In this document: positions 25,378 to 38,398 of the stretch, piece after piece
How positions within the stretch are numbered: the first letter of the stretch is position 1
Layout of the letters: each line of letters opens with the position of its first letter
NCBI GenBank assembly: GCA_050575255.1
Contig: JBNZDD010013718.1
Location: 3,030,113 to 3,094,112, forward strand
Origin: Harriotta raleighana
Taxonomy: Eukaryota
Reading direction: 5' to 3'
Length of the DNA stretch: 64,000 bases
The notes under the pieces: model-generated
Database searches by the model: none
Told to the model about the DNA's origin: nothing
What the model saw: the letters and a program-made list of their open reading frames with translations, nothing else
Translations under genes and position numbers: made by a program

Positions 25378-28300
25378 GTAAGTCTTCACTCTCATCCTAC
25401 GATTGATGGAGAAGCCACCATATTTTTGAAAGGCATCAGTGCTACATTACAAGGTACTGTTGCACAACACAAAAGTTGCCCGAAAATGATTGCCTGAGTG
25501 AGAATAAACTGTTATAATTTTCTCTTTTCAATTCGTTGGGGGTGTTTGGGTAGGTGGGTGGGGAAAAGCTGCAATTCCCATTGCGAGCAAGGGTTTGGAT
25601 ATGCTGCATGAAATGCATGGAATGAAAGCACAAGCAGATCAATAAGGTGTTTTGCTGTACAACTGTAACGTTTGATTATTTTCACTGAAGTAACACGAGC
25701 AGTTGCTTTAATTACCCAGTTCATCGAAAAGACAGTAGACGGAACTGTAACTGACGGAAGCAAGCACATTACCACGGAATATCGGACATTGCAGAAGCCT
25801 TTCATTTGCTTTTAGTGTTGTTGCCGTGTGATAGAGCGGATTTTCAATTTAAAAAAAATTAATTTCTGTGGTGAAGTTCCTGAACTGGAAGGGAATGTAT
25901 GTTTGCTCTCCGGTTTCATCCTGCTTCAAGGTGATTGGAAGCGGGATGTTTATGGCTGAAAATAATGGAGGAGAATCAGTTCGAAATGAGGTAAAGCATT
26001 AACAACTGTACACCTTACAAATCACACATTATTGAAAAGTTTTTCTCCCAAAAATTATTTCACGTACCAAGTAAGAAGCATCTGTTCCTATGTAGAGAGA
26101 GATCTTTTAACATTTAAGAACGCATGGAAATCAAAGCTGGGAGGATGACAGTTTATTGATAGGCTGAAGCTTGTTGTTCTTCTTTATCTGTTGAATAGAA
26201 AATTAAGTTGTTATTTTTTTGTGGCTGGTATAATGTGGCTTTGAGTTATTGTGATTATTATTGAGCATGAAAAAATAACTGATGTTCCAATGCTGTTTTT
26301 TTTTTAAAAAACTCTTTATCGGGCTCACTTTTAATTTGCTTTAAAAAGCCAAATGTATTTCAGCAGCTTTAAGACAAAAAAAACTTTCATAGAATTTGTC
26401 TTTGTTGTTTGTTTCAAGTTTGGCATCTCAAAACACAGCTGTAAATTATCCAATGGAGAGGTGCCGGATATTAATTTCTAAAACTGTGGATTTTTAGTGG
26501 TTGCAGACATAAGCTGCAAGTGTTCGTTTCAAACAACAAAAGGTGATTTATTGCACACTGACCGAGGCCTCTGCTCACAACGTTTTGGAGAAATGTGAAA
26601 TATGTTTGCTCGCCCGGCGATGTTTTGGAGTAAGACTGACATTTTGCAAATCTCCTGAATCATTGCGAGTGGAATTCTGAGTGCTTCATGCATGCCAACT
26701 TGTGTGTTCATTTGAACATAGGCATATCTGACCTTTTTATCTGTTTACAATGTACATATTACTTGGAAGTAATCAACACCTGGAATAGGTTAAAGAGGGG
26801 GGTGGGGGAAGGGAGGGGTTTGAAGCCATGGGTACAGGACATTTTTTCATGCAACAGCTTGATACTCTAATGGGAAGACAAAAGAGTTAAATTCATAGCT
26901 TTTAGAAAAGTGATAAAACAATCCTAGAAAAATGGGTTCCTGAAATCCCGAACATTTGATCCTCAGAAGACTATTTTGTTCGAGTAATCCATGTTGGGAC
27001 ACGGGAACATCTGTTGGTCGTGTTTAATGTGACATTAAACTGAACTAATGAAGAAAGCCTTAAAAGTGACGAATGTGAAAATAAGTGAAATGATACTGAT
27101 GAAATCAATGTAAATCAAAAGCAATGAAGGACAGAAAAGGACCAACAAAATATACTCTTCACTGCGTTTTTGTTTCTTCTATGTTTTCTGTCACATTATT
27201 GATTTTTTTTCCTTAATCTACCTGGGTCTTTTTTTTTCCTTCTTCTTGACTTTAATGACTGATTATACGTTTTATCCTTATGATGGCACTGCATTTAATA
27301 TCACAGACAGTGTGTCACATGATGAATGCACTACAAGCAAAGTTTCTCTCATGCTACCATAAACATGGGGCTCCAATAAAAAGAACATTGCACTGCACAG
27401 CTCTTGCTTGGTAATGTAGAGTTATTGCTTTGTGACTGCTGCACAGAAATTGCCTGGGTCTGAGCAGATATGAGAACTTAGAATTCGTAAACAGAATTTC
27501 CCTTTTGCCCTATTATGCAGCTTTACAAAATTGATTGATATGTTTGTGTTTTGAAAACTCTAGAACATGATTAAAATTACTTTTGACTTTCAAGGCACAG
27601 AATAATATCCAATTGCAAGTAAGAAGGTACATTTTGAAACAATACACAATGTATAGAAGTTAATGGGCTGCCGACATACACTGACGATGATCTCACTTGA
27701 AGGATGATTCACCAGGAAGCAAACTGCGATGGCGAGGCTGCCTGGGAGAAGGGAAAAGGGAGTCAAAAAGTCTTCAGTAAATGTGGAAGGGAGGGGAGAC
27801 AATTTGCAAATCAGATTTGTTTCTACGAAAAATCACTGGAGCTGAAGTACCCTTAAGTGTTAACCAGTAGTGTACGGATTATTTCTTATTTTATCAATTT
27901 TTTTAATACTTTGGTAGATGATGTCTTTTTGGTAGATGACCGCCGATAGTCTTTCTCTCGTCATTTGCAATTTCTATGTTCCTAAGTGTAGGAGCTTGTA
28001 CTTAATAGCGAATCCATTACTGTGGAAATGGATGAAAAGTCCGTGTGGACCAAATTTGTTGTTAAACTGAATTCCTTCTAATCTGGCGTGATCTTAAATG
28101 GAAAAAAAAGCTTGTAGCTTGATGTTTAGTAATTTAAGGATAATTAAGATAAAATGAGATTAATTGTAAACTGCCACCAGTGTACTACACCATTGCTTAA
28201 CACTGAATGGAGTAACAGCAGTTCCTAAATATTTAAATTTTATAACACTTATGTGGGGATACAGACTATTGAATATAGTTTTTAATTGAACAGCCTCTCA

Positions 28301-28724
28301 TTTGTATAAATTATTCAGCTACTGGGACTGAAACTACTCTCTTACTTCACGCACTCCTTACAAACACCTCAGTTAAAGTTCCTAAAACAGTGGCATTAAT
28401 AATTTGTGATGGGGTCAGTTTAACTTCTGATCTGCATTGCCGCATAAATTTTGCAGGAACACAAATACGCATTAAAATCTGTGGGTCAGCAAGGAGCTGA
28501 AGTGGGGAGAGTATCACTGTTACTGGCCCACAGAGCTACAACACCACACAGCCAGAGCACAGCTACAGTATTTGTTTATATTGCTGTAATATCTAATATG
28601 CCAATGAGTTAGGCAGCTAGAAAGTAGCTCTATCATGACCTATGCAAAAAAAACATTAAGCACAGGATAGACACCAGGAAATATCTCTTTACCCCAGAGC
28701 CTAATTGGCAATGTAAAAAGTTAT

Positions 28725-28845
28725 CGGGAAGATTGGTTGAGGCCAGGATGCTGAGACTCATTTAAAACACCTTGATGGCTATTCAGGAGGGATGAGATCA
28801 AACAGGCTGAAGGGCTCTCTTGGTCCCAACCGATCTTGTGAGTGA
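28725..28845 (+). mobile_element. CR1 3' fragment
   Basis: ggttgaggcc...ctcatttaaaacaccttgatg...gatgagatc...gaagggctctctt...gatcttgtga, similar to 21920-22068. Confidence 0.6.
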
Positions 28846-29204
28846 GATTTTCAATATGATACGTTAAACCCCATGGAAATAAATGCAAGCAGCCACTTAA
28901 CAAAACACTCTTTGTGTTAATAAATTTAATAATGTGTCAAAAAGAAGATTGAGTTTTCCTTGATATTAATTCTACAAATATTAAAGCGAGTGCGCTTTTT
29001 GACAAGTTATTGAAAAGAGTTTTTTGGGGGCTTTCAATTGCACTTCCACTGCTGATATACTGTAAATTGCGTTCTTCCCCCTTAGTCAGGGCATAAGCTT
29101 CAACCTTCAGGACACAGGCCACATCCCATACCCTTCATGTAACTACCAAAGTGCACATTTTCTTACATTGCTTGTTTAGAGCCTGACAGTGTGATATAAT
29201 AACT

Positions 29205-29405
29205 GTTACTTTTGATATAATGCCTCATCACTTCATCTGAAATGCTTCACAGGATTCACTGTAAAGTGTAGTGTTTGTGTATATGCAGGTGACTGCAGTG
29301 GCCAATTTGCAGATAGCAATGTCCCACATAGAGCATGAAGTAGACAATCAGTTTTATGTTAGGATTGTTGGCTTGAACACCAGGAGAAGCTCTCTTCTCT
29401 TGTAA
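29205..29405 (-). mobile_element. DeuSINE-like 3' half
   Basis: tttgatataatgcc...gcttcacagg...gccaatttgcagatagcaatgtcccaca...caccaggagaagctc. Confidence 0.65.
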
Positions 29406-29999
29406 ATGTTTGCGAAAAAAGACACCACATATAAAAGGATCAATACCTATCTCTTGTTTTAGAGCAATCTGTCTCTTATTTCACTCATGAGAAAGGCTTA
29501 AGAAAATATTCTTGTGAAATAAAAGGCATCTTATCCTCTTGATTTCTGTTATCTTCCATTAAATATATCCTCTTTCAATCTGTGATTTGTCACCTCTTTA
29601 CACAATATATTTTAATCACTTGTAAAAGTTATGTGGGTTCTCCTCAAAACATTGCTTTCATCACCACTTTATAGTAATAAGCCTTGCATTTGATATAGTG
29701 CCTTATCACGTCGTTGAGACATCTCAAAATGCTGCACAGGAATTATAGTAAATCCAACATTTATATCCTTAAATTGAAGCCTCCCAGACAAATACTTGAA
29801 TCATTCTTTCCTCATTCAATCTTAATTTGGATGCCGGTTTTCCATAGAGCTTAAAAAGAACTGGCTTCTAGATTGAGACTGAATTGAGGAATTTACTTCA
29901 TTTCTGCACAATTTAAATTTTTTTTTAAAAAAAAGTAATGGTCTTACGAGCTAAGATGAGATAGAATTTGGATTTTATAGTTTCCATCAGACTTATCTC

Positions 30000-30297
30000 C
30001 TGTTCTGCGGTATTTTGGAGATACTATTCTTCAGATGAGACATTGTACCAAGGTACCGTCTGTCTATTCAGGTGAACGATAAAGATCCCATAGCACTATT
30101 TGAAATGAGGAGTTTCTCCTGCTGTTCTGACCAATCATTCCCCAAATAAAATTGGTGACTCACTCCACGGCTATTCATGGGATATTAGCTGCCACATTTG
30201 CCTATAAATACATAGTCACTTCATTTCACAGTAAATCCTCTCTTTGAAATGTACTTCCGACATAATACTGTACTCTACCAAATGCAACAATTATTAT
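30000..30297 (+). mobile_element. DeuSINE/SacSINE1-like SINE (core and tail)
   Basis: ttcagatgagacattg...ccgtctgtctattcaggtgaacgataaagatcccatagcactatttgaa is a well-preserved Deu domain. Confidence 0.8.
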
Positions 30298-30527
30298 CTT
30301 GGGCGATTTATTATTTTCTATGGTGCTTCCATGGGGAGTGACCTCTTGCCAGGACCTCTTTGGACTTCGAAAAAGATCAGCAAACCCCTGTTATTGAAGA
30401 GGTTTTCTTCCTTTCCAGTAAGGTCTGTGCCAACACACATGTAACAGTTACAACAACAACAAAATTACATTTGTATGGTGCCTTTCACATAGGAAGGACG
30501 TCCCAAGGTGCTGGGACACACACATTT

Positions 30528-30637
30528 GTAGAGCCAAACTTCCTTCCTTTACACTCTTGGTTTTTGGATTAATTCCTGGCCGGTGNGTAGAGCCAAACTT
30601 CCTTCCTTTACACTCTTGGTTTTTGGATTAATTCCTG
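30528..30637. other. 51 bp duplication flanking a single N (probable artefact)
   Basis: 30528-30578 equals 30587-30637; N at 30586. Confidence 0.8.
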
Positions 30638-33600
30638 AGTTAGCTGATCACATGCAGGGCAAAGTTGTGCTTGATAATAAACTGATCAAATATCACAGTT
30701 GCTCACGAATAGTAATAGCATTAATGTAGAGCTTGACATTTTGACTTGAACAAAAAGCCTAAAGGTATTTCCAGCTGCACCTGAAAAAAGGTAAAGGAAG
30801 AAAGTGAGTGGGCTTGTTGCAAAATAATGGATTGTACCTCTGCCTTCAGGTGGGTAAATCATAGCATACATTTTTGCAAAGTTCTATACAAGGCCATTGG
30901 GTTACAATAAAGAGGAAAGGTTTATATATTTTTTTGAATCCTTAAATATTTTCCTCCCTGTTCTTCACATCAACATGCAGGGCAGCTGCCTGGTGGCTTT
31001 CCCATTTGGAGAGAAAGCAGTTCTTAGGTTTTGTAAGTAGGCCATAGACCATCGAAGGATATGCCCCAGGCTACCAGTGTTAGGAAAAAAAAAGTGCTAT
31101 CCATCTTTTTCATTCCTGCTGAAATCGAAGACTTTTGATGGTTTGCTGTGCAGTGCTTCGAAAATAAAGATAGAGGACAGAAAAATGAAACCTTTTTTTG
31201 GTGATCTTAGCAATGATTGCAAGTATGACCCGGAGGCATAAAAATATCTGGCTGCTCTGAAAATGTTAAAATACGTCAATAATCCAGGACTTACTGCACC
31301 TTTTGCACCCTTCAATTGAATTATTTGCCAACATAGCTGTCTGTTTCCCTCTTGAATGGTTGTTTAAAGCAATATGAAAACTGATTTAATTTCTCTCTAG
31401 ACTTCTGTGATCTGTGTAAGTGCAGGTGCAAAATATGACTTTCTTGCGCTAAAATACCAGGTTGTTGTTGCATGTAAAGGCATTGACAATTCCGGTGTCA
31501 ATGGCATTTCTGGTGTACAAAGTACACAATCACTACACTTGAAAGTAAATCCTGTCAAGCATTTTGAGGCATATTCCCACGTGAAAGGGGCTACATCTGA
31601 TGAAAAGATTATTATTATTAAAATTTCTCCTTGACAAATGTGCCATGCATAATGCCAATCTGAAATTCAACCGATCAATAGTTGATAACATTTCACTACG
31701 TCCAGCAAGCCAGAATTATTTTCTCAGTGTGCATTTAAATCCTGTGACTACACCCTGCGACTGCAGGATAGGTGGAATGCTAAACACCAAGAAGGGTAAT
31801 GTAGGTTCTTTAATTCTGGCTCCACTTTGTCCATTTCGATTGAATTACATTTCCTGTTCCCACCGCAACTGAGATTTCTGCGAGGCTGAATCACACCTTT
31901 GACAGCTCCTGATTACCAACAAGACTGGCAGAGTGGCGAAACGCTGTGAGCCTTCTGAGCACTGAACCCACCTGTGCCCCTGAGTCAGGTGCGAAAATTT
32001 AGAATTGTGAGCTACGTCCATTTCATAACAAACAAAGAAAAAGTCAATTGTCCAAATGGAAAGGGAAAAAAAATACACAGGTAAAAAGTGTGATTGATAA
32101 AGCTCCAAACATAAGGTGACATTGTAATGATTTGCTACGTAGCTTCCATTTAGGTGAGATCAGGACACCCTGAGCAAACCTAATGGTGTGCTGTTTTCTT
32201 TCTACTTTCCTCCTATTTTACGGGTGGCTTTTGTTCTTCCATGGTCATTCATGCAGTTTGCTTACTGAGTAACCTGTCCAAAAACACTGGAAATACTCAT
32301 CAGCTCTGCTGCAGCTGCGGAGAATGGTTCCTGCACATTTCTTGCCTTCGCACAGGTTGCTGATGGTAATGCTGTACGGGTGAATTCAGTCGGTATAGTT
32401 AACAGCAATGCTATTTGCTCTGAGTGACTCTGTTGCTACATTGGATGATGATTTAACAGCTTTTACAGTTGGTATAACTGTTCAGTCAAGAATGGCACTG
32501 TCAAAGGCCTTAATATTTTTCAAGTGGATTATTTTGGCGTAATTGTTGCACTTGGCACATGTTGTTATAGTGACACCTCAGACCAAGTTGGGATAATTAT
32601 AAGACTGGCACAGTGGCACAGCTGGTGCAGTTGGCAGAGTTGCAGTCGCACAAATCAAACTGCGGTTGGTAATGGCATGACCGACACAGTTGGAGCACCT
32701 GACATTGCTGATGAAGGCGAAATCCTAAAACGGGCACAGTTGGTAAAGATGGCAGAGTTTGTACAAACATGCACATCTGGCACCAGCGAAATAGGGTGAC
32801 TGGCACCACCGCTATGTCTGGCTTGCTCGACACAAATGCTACATGTTGGCATAAAGCTTGACTGCAGATAGTCAATCTGGCGTGTTATATCTCACGAGTA
32901 TTGGCGATGATCTATTGTGAAGCCTCCTTGCTTTACTACTACTGTGTGACGTTCGCCCACAGACACTTTACAGAGAATCCTGTGAAGTGCTTTGATATAT
33001 CTCTCCGTTGTAAAGACGCTATACCAAATGTAAGGGTTATTATTATTATAATGGAGAGGGATTATACTGTGTGAATTATTGTAAATTAACAAACAGATTG
33101 TACATTGAGCTCACACACTTCAACTTTCAATTTGTATTCATTTCTGCAATGCAACATACAGAATATTGATACCCTGCACTGGTAATTTGTAGTCCAATCT
33201 AACATCACAGCAAGACATATAATCATGACATTCCTGATTGTCACCTAATAATGTCATCAATAACAAGTTGTGAGCTAAATTATCTTGGACATTTGTGAAG
33301 TATAGTTTTTTTTTAAAAAAAACATTGAAATGCAACACTTTTTTCCGGTCCTTCTGGAGGTCGTTTGAAGGACACCAATTAATGGTATGTGCTTGCAATC
33401 CATATTTACTCTGACAATTCTAATTTCAGAGACTGTGATGGGCTTAAATGAGGAGAGAAACCTACAACCATACTGACCTCAGAGGTGCCACAAAGTCTGC
33501 TCCCAGGGCAGATGGTGTGCCAAATACTGGGACTGGGACATAGTGATAGAGCATTGCTTGAACTATTCTGGACACCGGACAAAAAGTTATAGGGTTGCTG

Positions 33601-36600
33601 ACAGAGAACACCTGCTAATGTCAGGCTTCTTCTAAATTCCTTACATTCATGCCCAGTAAGGGATTATTTTCAGTTGTGTGGAATGATGCCTGTGACATCA
33701 GGTGACCCTCGGGGTCAGATGTGCTGTCTTGCTTTCCACAGAAGTTTAAAGGAGCAACCATTTCATTTGAAATCAACAAAAGTGGGCACATTTCAACGAT
33801 TATTGATTCAGGGGGGAGCTTTGGTACGGCTGCAGTAATCCGCGAAAGAAATTGGACATTCGATGCCGTTTTTATACTTGGTTTCATAAGCTTGTGAATA
33901 GAATTAATGAAATCTCGTCACTTTTTAATATTGACAATGCAAAATAAAGGAATGCTTTTCTTTTCGCAGCTCAAAATGCCAGAGATGTAACATTTTAAAT
34001 TTGCCAGACGTGAGATGATTATTTATTTACAAATTACAGCAAAGTTATTTCATTTCTTAAAGTTAACACTGATTAAGGCAGCTAACAACTCAGCTTTTTT
34101 TTAAGCATAGGTATTTTGGACAAGTGAAAACCAGTGCTGGCAAGAAACTACTTGCAATCAGATATTTTTTGGTGACATTAATTGACACTGCCCTAAACAG
34201 GTCAGACTGTCTTTCTCTCTACACATCAGAGCATGACACAGCAGTCTATTTTGCCCCAAGGGATTTGAAATCAGATTCTAAATTAGGAAGCGGCAAGGCT
34301 CCCTTTGGTTCTTTATGATAGGTTATCTTATATAAGCTAGATGTCAAACCTTATATGAAATATTAGCATATTTATTTCACAGCTCAGCACAGATGGTTAG
34401 GTCCAGAGTATCTCATTTACACATTTGTTCCTCTATACTAACTGCTCACAATTATAACAGAAAAATTACATTATCTAGCGGCATATAGTGCATGCCAAAA
34501 TTGGTTAGAATTGATCAAATATGACCTAGTTTGGACCTGCACTGTATGCATGCACTTCAAGTCCTGTAGCTTCTAATTCAAGATATTATGCACCAGTCCT
34601 CTAGGGTACACTTGAACCAAATCAGATACAGTATGTTGCTGCTTGGAATTTGCACATGATGAGATGCTGTACTTAGCCGAAAAAGCATACAGTATTTCTT
34701 TTTTCAAAATGAAGAAAGGCTTGTTGTTTGACAACTGGTTGTTCTCGGCTTATTCCTATGCTGCATTCATCAAGACAGAAACCATGGCTAGAGACATGAT
34801 TCAATCACTTGACACTGATGTAGTAGAAGTGAGGTATAATAATAGATGAGCCCGTCATTTTAAAACTTGTTTATATAGCAAACACCAATGTTTACATTTT
34901 TAGGTTTTATCCTGGTCCCCAGTTTGGTTTGGTTACTTGTTACTCTGTGCTGAATCATTCTTTAATTTCACAGTGTTTTATTTGGTTCCAGTTTTGCGCA
35001 GATTATAAATTCAGCATTGGGTAAAATAATGAATGCTTCACTTAGGTAGTGTCTTTCACATCCCCTGCTGCCTGTATCAGTACAGTAGTTGTTTAGCATT
35101 GTTATAGATTGTATGGCATCTCAGACATGAATATTTGATGGATGACTAAAGACCGAATAGTAACCTCCAACTGCAGTGGACCTCCTAGTTTATGGTATCT
35201 TCTGAATGGGACATTTGTGAACTGTGGAGCTCGGCTTAGTGACAAAGGTGATTAGAGTCGCACGAGGGCATGTACTTTCAAATGAGTTTTTCAATGTTGC
35301 AAAGCATACAGTTCACCTCATAATTGTTCATGATCCTAGCTTGCTGTGCTTTATTCCCTGATACTGAATCAATTTTGATTCAGTGAATACACATCTTGTA
35401 GTATGCCTGACAGACCCGATTTCCTCTTATTGTTTACTGCACAGGTGAATTAAAGAAAATCACGCAATATGAACGTTCTCTTTTCTGATCGGAGGTTAAT
35501 TTGATCTGAACTGGTTGCACTTTCTTGTGCTTTGTCTCGGGTGGGGTGGGGGGATGGGACTGTCATTGCTTACAGTGAATACTTGCTTGCCAATCTTTAT
35601 ACTAATTGGACAGTAATGTATAGCTGTGGTCAGCAAATATCTCCCAATACAGTTTTCTTTGGAGAGTAATCAACGCATTTTAGAAGACACATAGGCCTCA
35701 GAGACCTGAAACAACCTTGGAAGAGCTAGCCTTTTAGTGGAAAGTACAGTTAATTTACAACACTCAGTACTTAAGTGCAGCCGTACATTGCTGAAGTCTC
35801 CATTTAAAGATCCCTTAAATCATTAAAACTGTGACTTGAATATTTAAGTGCAGCATTGCCCAGATCATCTCTTAGTCTTTCTTGTAAGATTACTGGCGTT
35901 CTCTTTGTCTTTAATTTTCAGCATTTGTTAAACTGCGCAGATGAACTCCAAAGTTGTGTCAAATGAAAAATCATTCATTTCTGAATCTTTTATAATGGAG
36001 GGTGGGGGTGGGGGGGGGGTAAAAAAAAACTCAGATACACGCGTGTTTGATTTGTATAAATGACTGATTAAAAGTGAGGACATCATGATTGGGTTTTAAT
36101 GGCTGTTCCACTGACTGACTGTTAATCAATATATAGCTGCCGCCAACTAACATTTTCATAGATAATTAAAAGAGAGAATAATTGGTGGGGCTTCTTCATA
36201 TCTAATTAATTTCCCTTCCAGTGCTTTTTTGTATCTTGGCTCACCTTTTCGTCCCGAGTCACTTGTGCCCTCAGTGAATGTGAAATCTGCATTAACTGTA
36301 TCGAAAGAGTATAAAGTGTGCAATGACACAGGCCGGTCAACGAACTACATCTTAAAATGATCAGGCTTAAAATCCAGGGCAGATATGCAACCTGTTAATC
36401 AGCATCTTTATTGCACAACCTATAACGTGTACTCGAAAGTACTCAAAAAACATTTGTTCATAATAGAATATTCTGTTCGTGTAGAATAGTTTGCGAAAAT
36501 ATGTGACATGCAATGGTGTGCGTTTGGAGAGGGTGTGGGTATCAATGATAATCATTGTCATGTCAGCTTGTGTAGGTTGTTGAGTAAGCTGCCGACATGA

Positions 36601-38184
36601 GGTGCAAAATCGCTAAATATAACAAAATGGTTACTTTGTTATTTTTAGCGCTTTGAGATGTCCTCCTGCTTTGAAAAGAGTTATACAACTGTCATTACAA
36701 CTGTCAACACCCAATATTAAACTGCACGTTTAGTAGGTGGCCTTTGAATGTCCTTCTCTATGTTGTATTCCTGGTGATGACTAAATATAATTTTCATTGA
36801 TTTAGTATAATAGGCAAGTGGTTAACTTGCTCTGGATTGATTTTAGGTAGTAATTAATATAAAAATTGCATAAAGTACTCATTAATTGTACCTCTCAGAA
36901 CTGCACATGGAACAATTTGAGTTATTTTATGCTGGTAATCCCATTACTATTCTTCAGGCTATAAAATAAAGTCCATTCAGAGATCACACCTAACACATTT
37001 TTCACATCAGTGGTATAAATTCCCTGAAAATGTACTGTGCGTAATCAATTTTAAATATAACAGGAAATCTTTACTTAAAAATCTGCTGAAAGCCAGCTGA
37101 AAGTTTATTTAATTTGCAGTAAAATGTACATTAAAAAGCACTTGGGCAGTTTTAATAACAATATTTCCTAGTTTAGGACTTGTCAAATGCTGGGATACTC
37201 TTGCCTTCTGCTCATTTTGAAATAAAAAAACTATAACTGTCAGGAATTGAGTTAAACTCAGGATTTAATGCTTTAAGAACTGTTCAAACATTTGAAACAA
37301 ATAATCCACTGTGCCCTGATTGCTAAAATTAAAAGCATTTCTACAGGAAGCTAGTTTGCGATATTTCTTAATGTGATTGCTTAGTAAAAACATTGAGCCT
37401 GTGATGGCAACTGGTAGGAATGTAGCTCTGACGGGGACTTTTTTCAGAGTGCTGTTCCTTTATGGAATTCTGAGGCCCCACTCAAAATGCTTAATTAAGA
37501 AACACACAGTTAACTCTAACTACTGGCTGCTATTTTATTCAAGAAATTACATTGGAATTCAGTGGGTAAAAGGATCGTCTGGTATAGGTGTGAAGGATCC
37601 ATGCAGATCAGCCACTTGGGTGAGGAACTTAGAAGAAGGGGACAAGTTGAAAACAAAACTACAGAATTAATGATCCCTCTGAAATCTACTTCATATTGCA
37701 TGTCAAATCACTGCTAACTGTGACTCCAGAAAAAAATGAAAACCTTCGAAGAATCATTTAACACCAATGGCTAAACCAGAAATCTCATTGCAACAATTCA
37801 CTATTGGTATTTCTTATTAGAAAGATTGGGAACATCCCTCTCCAACTCTTTTTCTGAAGTCAATTAAGATGTATTACGCCATTAATCCACATAGTGAAAC
37901 TTGCCCTGTGCTGGGTGACTATATCAACAGCCACAAGCTAATTCTCAGTTTCTCGCGGTCAAGCTGAAAAATGCTGAAGGCCAACAACACAGGCAAAGAA
38001 CAGAGAGAGAGAGAGACAGAGAGCTGGTGAGCTGAGAAGATGCTCAGATTAGGTTGAGTGTTGGAAGAAAGATTGCTATGTGAAAAATAGCTGCTGTGTT
38101 TGCCTTTAAATCCACAGTATCTCCACTTGATAGCATTTGGAGACTTTTGGGGTTTATAGATGATGTATCAAACCCAAGGAAAGA

Positions 38185-38398
38185 TACCATGATGTCCTGG
38201 GCAAGAATCCCTCCAGATAAAATGATTCATTCACTTCATAGCTGTTTACTCGTACTGCTGTACGAAAATTGGCTGCCACATTTGCCTACCAATACACAAT
38301 CTTCACTGTAAATGCTGTAAAGAGCTTTGAGACCTTTCAAAGGCATGATAAGGTTCTATATAAAATGTAAGGATTGTAATTTAAAAATTATTATTATT
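38185..38398 (+). mobile_element. DeuSINE-like 3' half
   Basis: tgtcctgggcaagaatccct...aaattggctgccacatttgcctac...ctttgagacc...aatgtaaggattg. Confidence 0.65.
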
